Below are positions 25,785 through 34,682 of a stretch of DNA of 64,000 nucleotides, in pieces (the stretch's first letter is position 1; the number at the start of each line of letters is the position of its first letter). A program made the translations under genes and the position numbers. The notes beneath the pieces are model-generated. The model ran no database searches. It was not told the DNA's origin and saw only the letters and a program-made list of their open reading frames with translations. Origin of the DNA: Chloroflexota bacterium (GTDB lineage: Bacteria; Chloroflexota; Limnocylindria; P2-11E); contig JAGWSB010000001.1 of the NCBI GenBank assembly GCA_028876375.1, positions 10,233-74,232 of the forward strand. Direction: 5' to 3'.

Positions 25785-27496
25785 CACGGCTCCGGGTGTG
25801 GGCGCCGCGCGCGGGCGCCGTCGACGTCGTGATCGGGCACGAGCGGCATCGGCTCGCGCCGCGGATCTACGGCTACCACGACGGCGACGTGCCGCTCACC
25901 GAGGGCACCCGCTACGGACTGTCGCTCGACGGCGGCGAGCCGCTCCCCGACCCGCGCTCGCGCTGGCAGCCGGACGGCGTGCACGGGCGCTCCGCCCACC
26001 TCGACGCGCACGCAAGTGACGCGGAGAGCTGGCGCGGGAAGGACCTGCGGACGAGCGTGCTCTACGAGCTCCACGTCGGGACCTTCTCGCCGGAGGGCAC
26101 CTTCGACGGCGTCGCCGCGAAGCTCGACCACCTCGTCGCGCTCGGCGTGGACGCCATCGAGCTCATGCCCGTCGCCGAGTTCCCCGGCGAGCGCGGGTGG
26201 GGCTACGACGGCGTGGATCTCTACGCCGCGCATCACGCGTACGGCGGCCCGCAGGGGCTGCGACGCCTCGTGCGTGCCGCCCACGCGCGCGGCCTCGCCG
26301 TCGTCCTCGACGTCGTCTACAACCACCTGGGGCCCGACGGCAACTACCTCGACCGCTTCGGCCCGTACTTCACCGATCGGCACCACACGCCGTGGGGCCG
26401 CGCGATGAACTACGACGGCGCGGACAGCGGCCCCGTCCGCGAGCACGTCATCGACAACGCGCTCATGTGGCTGCGCGACGTCGGCGTCGACGGCGTGCGC
26501 CTCGACGCGGTGCACGCGATCGTCGACCTGTCGGCCACGCACGTGATCGAGGAGCTGACGCGGCGCGTCGACGAGCTCGCGTCGGCGCTCGGCCGGCGCC
26601 TGTGGGTCATCGCCGAGAGCGACCTCAACGATCCGCGCGTCGTGCGCGCGCGCGACGAGTGGGGCTGGGGCTGCGACGCGCAGTGGAGCGACGACCTCCA
26701 CCACGCGCTCCACGCCGTCCTCACCGGCGAGCGCGCCGGCTACTACGGCGACTTCGGAAGGATGGCCGACCTCGCCAAGGCGCTGCGCGACGCGTACGTG
26801 TACGACGGCCGCCCGTCGGATTTCCGGCGCCGTTTCCACGGCCGCCCTGCGGGCGGCCTGTCCGGCCACCGCTTCCTCGCGTACGCGCAGGACCACGACC
26901 AGGTCGGCAACCGCGCGCGGGGCGAGCGCCTCGGGCACATCGTCGGGCACGACCGGCTGCGGATCGCCGCCGCGGTCGTGCTCCTCTCGCCGTACGTCCC
27001 CATGCTCTTCATGGGCGAGGAATGGGCGGCCTCGACGCCGTTCCTCTACTTCACGGACCACGGCGACGACGCCCTCGGCCGCGCCGTGAGCGACGGGCGC
27101 AGGCGCGAGTTCGAGCGGTTCGGCTGGCCGGCCCACGAGCTCGTGGACCCGCAGTCCCCGGCCGCGTTCGAGCGCTCGCGCCTCGACTGGTCGGAGCCCG
27201 CTCGCGAGCCGCACGCGGCGATGCTCGAGTGGCACCGCGCGCTCATCGCGCTGCGGCGCTCGGTCCCCGAGCTGCGCGACGGCCGCAGGGATCTCGTCGA
27301 CCTCGCGTTCGACGAGGAGAAGCGCTGGCTGCGCATGCGGCGCGGCCCGGTGACCCTCGCTTTCTCGCTCGACCACGAGGTCGACGTGCCGCTCGCGGAG
27401 GATGCCGGGGAGGTGGCGCTCTCTTGTGGAGGCGCCGCGCGATCGGGCGCCCGTCTTCATCTTTCCGCCGGAGGCGTCGCCGTCCTGCGCCGCTAG
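25781..27496 (+). CDS. treZ: malto-oligosyltrehalose trehalohydrolase (TreZ). Its ATG overlaps the treY stop as ATGA.
   Basis: An N-terminal CBM48-like region, then a GH13 catalytic domain with GVDAIELMPV, GYDGVD, VVLDVVYNHLGPDGNYL, GVDGVRLDAVHAI and EWAASTPFLYF blocks. Confidence 0.85.
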   Translation: MTRLRVWAPRAGAVDVVIGHERHRLAPRIYGYHDGDVPLTEGTRYGLSLDGGEPLPDPRSRWQPDGVHGRSAHLDAHASDAESWRGKDLRTSVLYELHVGTFSPEGTFDGVAAKLDHLVALGVDAIELMPVAEFPGERGWGYDGVDLYAAHHAYGGPQGLRRLVRAAHARGLAVVLDVVYNHLGPDGNYLDRFGPYFTDRHHTPWGRAMNYDGADSGPVREHVIDNALMWLRDVGVDGVRLDAVHAIVDLSATHVIEELTRRVDELASALGRRLWVIAESDLNDPRVVRARDEWGWGCDAQWSDDLHHALHAVLTGERAGYYGDFGRMADLAKALRDAYVYDGRPSDFRRRFHGRPAGGLSGHRFLAYAQDHDQVGNRARGERLGHIVGHDRLRIAAAVVLLSPYVPMLFMGEEWAASTPFLYFTDHGDDALGRAVSDGRRREFERFGWPAHELVDPQSPAAFERSRLDWSEPAREPHAAMLEWHRALIALRRSVPELRDGRRDLVDLAFDEEKRWLRMRRGPVTLAFSLDHEVDVPLAEDAGEVALSCGGAARSGARLHLSAGGVAVLRR

Positions 27497-27506
27497 GATC
27501 GAGCGG

Positions 27507-28778
27507 ATGCGGCCGGTCACGGTGGGAACGAAGGGCGTCGACGCGTACGCGCGGCTCGTCGGCGAGGAGAAGATCGACGAGATCCGCCGTCTCGCCGAGC
27601 CGCTCCGCGGCGCGCGCGTCCTCCACGTGAACGCGACGGCGTACGGCGGGGGCGTCGCCGAGATCCTGAGCAACCTGGTGCCGCTGATGAACGACGTCGG
27701 GCTCGAGGCGCTGTGGTACGTCCTCGATGCTCGGGATCCGACGTTCTTCGACGTCACGAAGCGGATCCACAACGCGCTGCAGGGCATGCCGCTCGACCTG
27801 TCCGACCAGATGCGCGAGCTCTTCCTCGAGACGGACCGCGCGAACGCGGCGCAGCTGCCCGACGTCGACTTCGTCATCGCCCACGATCCGCAGGCCATCG
27901 CCCTGCGCCACTTCGCGTCGGCCTCGGAGGCCTCGTGGGCGTGGCGCTGCCACATCGACCTCACCGACGCCTACACGCCGGTCTGGTCGTTCCTGCGCCC
28001 CTACGTGGAGGCGCACGACGCCGCGATCTTCACCATGCCGCAGTTCGCTCAGCCCGACCTCACCCTCGATCGCATCGTCTTCAGCGCGCCGTCGATCGAT
28101 CCCTTCACCGAGAAGAACGGTCCGCTCGCGGCGGACGAAGCACGCGCCATCGTCGCCGCGTTCCGGCTCGATCCGGCGCGGCCGCTGCTCGTCCAGGTCT
28201 CGCGGTTCGATCCGTGGAAGGATCCGAACGGCGTTATCGACGTTTATCGGCGGGTCAAGGCGGAGATCCCCGAGGTTCAGCTCGCGCTGATCGGATCGCT
28301 CGCCGACGACGACCCCGAGGGCAAGGACTTCCTCGCGCGCAGCATCGCGCACGCGGCCGGCGACCCCGACGTGCGCTGTCTCACCGACCTGGACGGCGTG
28401 CGCGACCGTGAGGTGAACGCCTTCCAGCGCTCGGCGACCGTCGTCATCCAGAAGTCCCTGCGTGAGGGCTTCGGGCTCGTCGTGGCGGAAGCGCTGTGGA
28501 AAGGGATCCCCGTCGTCGGTGGCGCCGTCGGCGGCATCCCCCTGCAGATCGTCGACGGCGAGACCGGGTACCTCGTGCGGACGGTCGAAGAGTGCGCCGA
28601 GCGGTGCCTGCGTCTCCTCCGCGACGCGGACCTGCGGTCGCGGATGGGCGCCGCGGGGCACGAGCGCGTGCGAGGGGAGTTCCTCATCACGCGCGACCTG
28701 CGCGACCACCTCCGCCTCTTCAGCGACCTGCGCGCGGCGAAGGGCGCCGTCGGAGGGACGCGGGCCCGCGTGGGCTAG
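27507..28778 (+). CDS. treT: GT4-family glycosyltransferase, probably trehalose glycosyltransferring synthase TreT
   Basis: N-terminal YARLVGEEKIDEIRRLAEPLRGARVLHVNATAYGGGVAEIL is the TreT-type N-domain. The C-terminal EGFGLVVAEALWKGIPVV is the GT4 motif. The start lies 10 nt after the treZ stop. Confidence 0.6.
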   Translation: MRPVTVGTKGVDAYARLVGEEKIDEIRRLAEPLRGARVLHVNATAYGGGVAEILSNLVPLMNDVGLEALWYVLDARDPTFFDVTKRIHNALQGMPLDLSDQMRELFLETDRANAAQLPDVDFVIAHDPQAIALRHFASASEASWAWRCHIDLTDAYTPVWSFLRPYVEAHDAAIFTMPQFAQPDLTLDRIVFSAPSIDPFTEKNGPLAADEARAIVAAFRLDPARPLLVQVSRFDPWKDPNGVIDVYRRVKAEIPEVQLALIGSLADDDPEGKDFLARSIAHAAGDPDVRCLTDLDGVRDREVNAFQRSATVVIQKSLREGFGLVVAEALWKGIPVVGGAVGGIPLQIVDGETGYLVRTVEECAERCLRLLRDADLRSRMGAAGHERVRGEFLITRDLRDHLRLFSDLRAAKGAVGGTRARVG

Positions 28779-29599
28779 GCCGGCCGCGCCTCGGGCCGCT
28801 CGAACGGCCGCGCCGTGGCGATGTGCTCCCCCTCCTGCCGCTTCGCCCGGTACATCGCGGCGTCGGCCGCGGCGACGACCTCCTCGGGATCGCGTCCGTC
28901 CGCCTCGCTGGCGATGCCGAACGACGCGCCGATCCGCATCGCCTGGGGCAGCTCGATCTCGCGCACGCCGCGCAGGACCCGGTCCGCCACGAACCGCGTG
29001 GTCGCGTGGTCGGCGCCGAGGAGCAGGAGGCAGAACTCGTCGCCCCCGACGCGCGCGGCCATGTCGGCCTGCCGCACGCACTGCCGGAGCACTCCGCCGA
29101 CGCGCGCGAGCGCGATGTCGCCGGCGGCGTGGCCGCAGCGGTCGTTCACCTGCTTGAAGCCGTCGAGGTCGACGTAGAGGAGCGCGAATCGCTCGCCCTT
29201 CTCGAACGCGACCTTCAAGCGCTCCTCGAAGGCGCGCCGGTTCGGCAGCGACGTGAGCATGTCCGTCAGCGCCAGGACACGGCTGCGCTCCGCGGCGCGG
29301 TAGGCGTCGGTGTACACGAGGAAGAAGCCGGCGGCGCCCGCCAGCAGCGCGCCGAAGAGCGGCACCTGATGCGCCGTGTCGAGGGCCTCGAGGTGCAGGT
29401 CGCCGAGGATCGCGGCCTCCGACAGGATGAACATGAACGAGGCGATGGCGGCGAGGATCCAGATGCGGCGCCAGGAGCCGGGGCGCGACCACGGGACGAT
29501 GCGGAAAAGGAAGAAGACGTTCACCAGGAGCGCGACGATGACGGCGAGGACGACGAGCTGATCGTACTGGCCGATCGCGACGGATGCGGCGCCCCTCAC
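28775..29599 (-). CDS. membrane-anchored diguanylate cyclase (GGDEF domain)
   Basis: Three N-terminal membrane helices, then a GGDEF domain with GGDEF spelled exactly (RVGGDEFCLLL) and the RxxD I-site region. Confidence 0.8.
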   Translation of the reverse strand: MRGAASVAIGQYDQLVVLAVIVALLVNVFFLFRIVPWSRPGSWRRIWILAAIASFMFILSEAAILGDLHLEALDTAHQVPLFGALLAGAAGFFLVYTDAYRAAERSRVLALTDMLTSLPNRRAFEERLKVAFEKGERFALLYVDLDGFKQVNDRCGHAAGDIALARVGGVLRQCVRQADMAARVGGDEFCLLLLGADHATTRFVADRVLRGVREIELPQAMRIGASFGIASEADGRDPEEVVAAADAAMYRAKRQEGEHIATARPFERPEARPA

Positions 29600-29621
29600 G
29601 GGCGCGAACGATAACGGCCGC

Positions 29622-30548
29622 TCACATCCGATACCACTCCGCGACGGCGCGCTCGATCCCGGCGCGCGGCATCGCGTCGACCTCCGTCATCGCGGCCGCG
29701 ACCTCGTCCGCGCTCGGGACGATCTCGCTCGGGTCGGCGACGCGCGCCGTCGTGTCCGCGTCGAAGATCTCGTCGATGGCGACGACCTGCGCGTGACGCC
29801 GCGACAGGAGGCGCTCGAAGGTCCGCGCGCAGAGGCCGGCGTCGTAGCCTCGGGGAGGCGTCGCCGCGGCGCCGAGCGCCAGCGCGACGGCGACGAGATC
29901 GTCCCAGTGCCAGCGCACGAGGTGCGGCGCCGCGCTCGCGCGGTCGCGTTCGCCGACGGGCCCGGACGTGTCGCGCTCGCGTGCCGCCTCGATCCGGGCA
30001 CGGACCGCCGCCGTCGGAACGGGGACGACGAACAGCGTCGCCGGCGACGCAAGGAGCGCCTCGGCACGGTCCTCGGCCGGGCGCGCCAGCGAGGCGAAGC
30101 GCTCGCCGACGAGCGGGGTCTCTCCGATGAGCAGGTCGGCCGCCCCGTGCGCGTCGGCCCAGCGGCGCACCGCCAGGCGCGCCCACCGTCCGGCCGCGAC
30201 GCGGATCGCCGCGTCGGTGACGCCGCCGACCTCGGGGTGACGCGCGAGGATCTCGGGCGTGTCGAAGGCGAGCCGCGCGACGTCCCAGCGCAGCAGCTGC
30301 ACCGACCGTCCGCTCCGCCGCGCGATCGCCGCGGCGCGGCGGACGAGGAGGCTCTTGCCCGCGCCGGGCAGGCCGGCGACGAAGACACAGCGGCGGCCGT
30401 CGCAGGCGTCGCGGAGGACCTCGTCGATGCGGGTGGACGGGACGATCTCGCGCGGGATGGTAGCGTCGGTGGCGTGGCGACCGCGACGCGCAGCGACGTG
30501 CCGACCCTCGACGACGTGCGCGAGGCGCGCGCCTTCATCGCGCCGCAC
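29622..30548 (-). CDS. P-loop NTPase (AAA_33/kinase-like) hypothetical protein. I could not identify the start codon; no ATG or GTG lies near the N-terminus, and a GTG at 30548 would overlap the divergent gene.
   Basis: Walker A VFVAGLPGAGKSLL about 30 aa into the conserved region. Only the C-terminal roughly 280 aa of the long GC-rich ORF look protein-like. Confidence 0.4.
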   Translation of the reverse strand: MRRDEGARLAHVVEGRHVAARRGRHATDATIPREIVPSTRIDEVLRDACDGRRCVFVAGLPGAGKSLLVRRAAAIARRSGRSVQLLRWDVARLAFDTPEILARHPEVGGVTDAAIRVAAGRWARLAVRRWADAHGAADLLIGETPLVGERFASLARPAEDRAEALLASPATLFVVPVPTAAVRARIEAARERDTSGPVGERDRASAAPHLVRWHWDDLVAVALALGAAATPPRGYDAGLCARTFERLLSRRHAQVVAIDEIFDADTTARVADPSEIVPSADEVAAAMTEVDAMPRAGIERAVAEWYRM

Positions 30549-31463
30549 CTGCCGCTCCCGACCCCGCTCGTCCGCAGCGAGGGCCTCGCGGCGACGCTCG
30601 GGCTCGACGTGCGCCTCAAGCTCGAGTCGCTGCTCCCCACGAGCGCGTTCAAGGTCCGCGGCGGCGTCAACCTCGTCGGACGCGACCCGACGGCGCGCGC
30701 GGGGATCATGGGCGCGTCGACCGGGAACCACGGCCAATCGCTCGCGTGGGCGGGACGCCTCTTCGGCGTGCCGGTGACGATCTACTGCCCCATCGGGTCG
30801 AACCCCATCAAGGTCGCGTCCATGCGCGCGCTGGGGGCGACCGTCGTCGAGCACGGCGCGGATTACGACGAAGCGCGGGTCGAATGCGAGAGGCGCGCGG
30901 CCGAGCTGGGACGCCGCTACGTCCATTCCGGCGACGAGCCTTACCTCATCGCGGGCGTCGCGACCGCGACGCTCGAGGTCCTCGAGGCCTGGCCGGAGGT
31001 CGACGTGCTCGTCGTCCCCATCGGCGGAGGCAGCGGCGCGTCCGGCGTTGCCGTCGTGGCCAAGGCGCTCGCGCCGAACGTGCGGGTGATCGGCGTCCAG
31101 TCCGAGGGCGCGCCCGCGGCCTATCTGTCGTGGCGCGCGGGCCGGCTCGAGACGACGGACGCCGTCCGCACCTTCGCCGACGGGCTCGCGACGCGGACGG
31201 CCTTCGCGCTGCCGCAGCGCATCCTGCGCGAACGCCTCGACGATTTCGTCCTCGTGAGCGACGACGACCTGCGCCGCGCGATGCGCGCGCTCCTCCTCGA
31301 CGCGCACGTCGTCGCCGAGGGCGCCGGCGCGGCCGCGACCGCGGGGGCGTGGAAGCTGCGCCAGGGCCTGCGCGACAAGCGGGTCGCGCTGTGGGTGAGC
31401 GGAGCGAACGCGACGGACCGCTCGCTCGCCGACGCGCTCGCCGCGGGGCCGCTCAGCGCCTAG
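30474..31463 (+). CDS. PLP-dependent threonine/serine dehydratase-like enzyme, short form without an ACT domain (GTG start; alternative at 30495)
   Basis: PLP-lysine motif SAFKVRGG, glycine-rich loop GGGSGASG, and the fold-type II order of blocks. About 330 aa. Confidence 0.7.
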   Translation: MATATRSDVPTLDDVREARAFIAPHLPLPTPLVRSEGLAATLGLDVRLKLESLLPTSAFKVRGGVNLVGRDPTARAGIMGASTGNHGQSLAWAGRLFGVPVTIYCPIGSNPIKVASMRALGATVVEHGADYDEARVECERRAAELGRRYVHSGDEPYLIAGVATATLEVLEAWPEVDVLVVPIGGGSGASGVAVVAKALAPNVRVIGVQSEGAPAAYLSWRAGRLETTDAVRTFADGLATRTAFALPQRILRERLDDFVLVSDDDLRRAMRALLLDAHVVAEGAGAAATAGAWKLRQGLRDKRVALWVSGANATDRSLADALAAGPLSA

Positions 31464-33249
31464 CCAGCCACTCCCGCAGCTCGGCCGCGGCCAGCGGCGG
31501 GCTCACCAGGTAGCCCTGCACCGCGGAGCAGCCGATCGACGCGATCAGGTCGTACGTGAGTCGATCCTCGACGCCTTCCGCGACCGTGTGCAACCCGAGG
31601 TCGCAGGCGAGGCCGATCGTCGCGCGCAGGATGGCACGAGCGCGCGGATCGCCGGCCGCGCGGCGCACGAAGGATCGGTCGAGCTTCACCTCGTCGATCG
31701 GCAGGTCGTCCAGATACGCGAGCGACGAGTAGCCGGTGCCGAAGTCGTCGACGGATACGTGGATGCGCGCCTCGCGGAACTCGCGCAGCACGGGGACGAT
31801 GGCCGCCATGTCGCGGGCGACGACGCTCTCGGTCACTTCGACCGTGAATCGGTCGCCCGGGAGCCCGTGCGCCGCGAGGAGGCTCGTGACCCGCTCGGGC
31901 AGCGTCGCGTCGGTGAGGTCCAGCGTGGAGACGTTCACCGCGACGCGCGCTCCGTCGCGTCCGAGGCCCCACTCGCGCACCGCCGCCTCGAGTATCCGGT
32001 CGGTCAGGCCGCCGATCAGGCCCGTGCGCTCGGCGAGCCGCACGAACTCGTCGGGGGCGATCACGCCGCGCGTCGGGTGGGTCCAGCGCGCGAGCGCCTC
32101 GGCGCCGACGAACCTCCCCGTCGCCGGATCGACCTGCGGCTGGAAGACCACGCCGATGTGGTCCCCCTCGATCGCCTCCTGCAGGTCCGCGACGAGCGCC
32201 AGGCGCTCGGGCGAGCTGTGCGCGAGCGAGTCCGAATAGACGACCGAGGTGCGTCCCGCGGCGCGTGCGCTCGACAGCGCGATCGTCACGCGCCGAAGCA
32301 GCTCCGCCGCCCTCTCGTCCGCGCGCGCGACGGCGACCCCGGTGCTGCCGGTGACGGCGACGCGCACGCCGTCGATCCCGAATGGGAGCGCGAGGGCGTC
32401 CAGCACGCGCCGCCCGAGCACGGGACCGTCTCCGATCGGAACGAAAGTGGCGAGGCAGAACTCGTCGCCGCCGATCCGTCCGAGGACCGCCGGCATGGCC
32501 ACGACGCGCTCCAGCCGTGACGGGATGCGCTCGAGGAGAAGGTCGCCGGCGCCGTAGCCGAAGGTGTCGTTGAACTCGTGGAACTCGGCGATGTTCAGCG
32601 CGACCGCGGCGAGCTCGGCGCCGGGCGGAGGCGCCTCGCGCATCAGCCCCTCGAGCTCACGCTCGAGCTCGACGCGCGTGGGGATGCCCGTCAGCCCGTC
32701 GTAGGACGTCTGCCGCCGCAGATCCTCGAGCGCGAGAGCGCGCGCCTGCTCGGCCTCGGCGCGCGCGGCGACCTCGACGCGCAGCTCGGTGACGAGCGTG
32801 TTCACGCGCGCCAGGGCGACGGCGAGCGCGAGGCTGACGAACACGGCGGTCGACAGGTCCGTCGTGTTGATGGGTCCGGACGTGACGCCGACGGCGGACA
32901 TCGCCTCCTCCGCCGCGAACGCCACGGCGGTGACGGCGAGACCGGCGCGGAGCCCGAGCAGCACGGCAGCCGCGGCGATGGGGATCACGGCGAGGTGGAT
33001 CGCGTCGTCGCCGATGAGCCGGTCGACCAGCGGGAACGCGACGAGGAACGCGACGCCCGCGGCGACCACCAGGAGCCGTGAGGTCAGCGGGCCCGGGCGG
33101 GCTCGCAGCGCCGTCGCCCGAGGTGAGTGTTGCTGAACGACGAGCTGGAAGACGCTCGAGGCGCGCGCGACCGCGTCGTTCAGCCCGACCACCGCGGACG
33201 ATCGTCGCCGCGCCGACCGCCGTTCAGCAGGGTCGCTGGTACCCATCGG
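31453..33249 (-). CDS. membrane-bound GGDEF-EAL protein (diguanylate cyclase/phosphodiesterase). The start is uncertain; the ORF is open to 33339.
   Basis: N-terminal hydrophobic helices, a GGDEF domain (RIGGDEFCLATF), then an EAL domain with the EVTE and DDFGTGYSSL motifs. Confidence 0.8.
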   Translation of the reverse strand, partial: PMGTSDPAERRSARRRSSAVVGLNDAVARASSVFQLVVQQHSPRATALRARPGPLTSRLLVVAAGVAFLVAFPLVDRLIGDDAIHLAVIPIAAAAVLLGLRAGLAVTAVAFAAEEAMSAVGVTSGPINTTDLSTAVFVSLALAVALARVNTLVTELRVEVAARAEAEQARALALEDLRRQTSYDGLTGIPTRVELERELEGLMREAPPPGAELAAVALNIAEFHEFNDTFGYGAGDLLLERIPSRLERVVAMPAVLGRIGGDEFCLATFVPIGDGPVLGRRVLDALALPFGIDGVRVAVTGSTGVAVARADERAAELLRRVTIALSSARAAGRTSVVYSDSLAHSSPERLALVADLQEAIEGDHIGVVFQPQVDPATGRFVGAEALARWTHPTRGVIAPDEFVRLAERTGLIGGLTDRILEAAVREWGLGRDGARVAVNVSTLDLTDATLPERVTSLLAAHGLPGDRFTVEVTESVVARDMAAIVPVLREFREARIHVSVDDFGTGYSSLAYLDDLPIDEVKLDRSFVRRAAGDPRARAILRATIGLACDLGLHTVAEGVEDRLTYDLIASIGCSAVQGYLVSPPLAAAELREWLARR

Positions 33250-33357
33250 CAAGGTCCAACGCCCCCTTCGCGATCGAGATGGACACGGGTGTGTCGGAGG
33301 AACGCGACACCGCCGGGAGAAGCCTCCCGGCGGTGTCATTCGCGTACCGATCGCGTG

Positions 33358-34170
33358 CTATTGGACGATGAGGACGGCCCACATTCCGGCGGCGTAGTGG
33401 CCGGGCTCGTCGCAGACGACGACGTACGTGCCCGGAGTGAGGTCGATCTCGTTGCCGCTGAAGCGGCCCGCGTCGATGTCCCCCACCTCTCCGACGCTGA
33501 GGCTCTCGTTGATCTTCGTCGGATCGTTCGGATCGAGCGGCAGCGCGTTCGCCGCCTGCGTCGTCTTGATGAAGACGGCCTCGTGCATGACCGCTCCGGT
33601 GTTCTGCGCCTCGACGACCACCGGTCCCGCCGGGATCGTCGTCGCGGGCAGCTCCATCTTCATCGGGTCGGCGAGCGTGATGGGGAAGAACGTCGCCACG
33701 GTCAGCTCCGTGTACATGCCCGCGGCGTAGTGGCCGGGCTGGTTGCAGATGAGCTGGTAGCGCCCGGGAGCGAGGTTGAGGGTCACCGAGACGGTCTTGC
33801 CCGCGTCGACGTCACCGGTCTCGCCCGCGCTGCCCGTTTCGAGGACGCGGCTCTTGTTGGTCGGGTCGATGGGGAGGGCTCCCGGAGCGGCGTCGGTCTT
33901 GATGAACACGACCTCATGCGTCTCGGCGCCGACGTTCGTGACGTCGAACGTCACCGGCCCCGCCGGGACGTAGTCGTAGCCCGTCGCGATCTTCATCTCG
34001 CTGAGGGTGATCGGGTAGTGCTCCGTCGCGAGCGTGACGTCCGCCGTGGTGGAGTGACTGCCGACCCCCACGCTGCTCGCGGCGGCGGCGGGCGCCGCCG
34101 GGAGGAGCGCGATGGCGAGCGAGGCCGCGAGGACCCCGATGGAGCGCGCGGAATGTCGGGTCGCTGACAT
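33358..34170 (-). CDS. secreted tandem double-cupredoxin (two type-1 copper domains)
   Basis: Signal peptide MSATRHSARSIGVLAASLAIALLPAAPAAAA, followed by two homologous roughly 110 aa domains. Each domain carries H (ETHEVVF / VMHEAVF) plus the C-x-x-P-G-H-Y-A-A-G-M ligand set, i.e. His, Cys, His, Met. Confidence 0.7.
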   Translation of the reverse strand: MSATRHSARSIGVLAASLAIALLPAAPAAAASSVGVGSHSTTADVTLATEHYPITLSEMKIATGYDYVPAGPVTFDVTNVGAETHEVVFIKTDAAPGALPIDPTNKSRVLETGSAGETGDVDAGKTVSVTLNLAPGRYQLICNQPGHYAAGMYTELTVATFFPITLADPMKMELPATTIPAGPVVVEAQNTGAVMHEAVFIKTTQAANALPLDPNDPTKINESLSVGEVGDIDAGRFSGNEIDLTPGTYVVVCDEPGHYAAGMWAVLIVQ

Positions 34171-34190
34171 TGCGGTGTTCCTTGCCTTTC

Positions 34191-34682
34191 TTATGGGGTA
34201 CCGCTCTTGGGAGCGGGAACGGACCTGAGGTAGGCGCTGATGGCGGCGATGTCCGCGTCCGTCAGGGTCTCCGCGAACCGCGGCATGCCCTCGGGCCCCT
34301 TGTGGACGCGGTCGCTGATGGCCGCGGCGCTCACGCCCGCGATGGCCGGCCCGACGACGCCGCCCTGGCCCTCCAGGCCGTGGCAGGTGACGCAGCCCTC
34401 CGTCACGAAGAGGCGCTCGCCCGTCGCGACCTGGTCCGCGCTCGCCGGCACGGCGCCGCCGACGCCGCCGTAGGGCACCGGCGCGCCGACGACGACCTGG
34501 TCGGTACGGGTGTAGGCGCTGTCGTAGCTGAGGTCGAGATTCGAGTGCGTGTACGGACCGGTCGCTCCCGCGATCAGGAGCGTGAGGCTCACGACGAGGA
34601 CGAACGCGGCGATGGCCCGAGGAACGACGTAGCTGACGCGAGGCGTGCCGGGGGCGTACGGGGCCGATGACCTCGCGCTCAT
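34191..34682 (-). CDS. membrane-anchored mono-haem cytochrome c
   Basis: 163 aa with an N-terminal membrane helix and a single CVTCHG haem-binding motif. Its ATG overlaps the upstream stop as ATGA. Confidence 0.75.
   Translation of the reverse strand: MSARSSAPYAPGTPRVSYVVPRAIAAFVLVVSLTLLIAGATGPYTHSNLDLSYDSAYTRTDQVVVGAPVPYGGVGGAVPASADQVATGERLFVTEGCVTCHGLEGQGGVVGPAIAGVSAAAISDRVHKGPEGMPRFAETLTDADIAAISAYLRSVPAPKSGTP

Noticed and set aside
25325-27964. 879 aa minus-strand ORF antisense to treZ and treT
   Set aside because: Ser/Arg/Ala-rich low complexity with no motifs. treZ and treT have clear GH13 and GT4 signatures.
30474-31463. Calling the dehydratase biosynthetic IlvA
   Set aside because: It has only the roughly 330 aa catalytic PLP fold and lacks the C-terminal ACT regulatory domains of IlvA. 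I therefore left it as a generic serine/threonine dehydratase-like enzyme.
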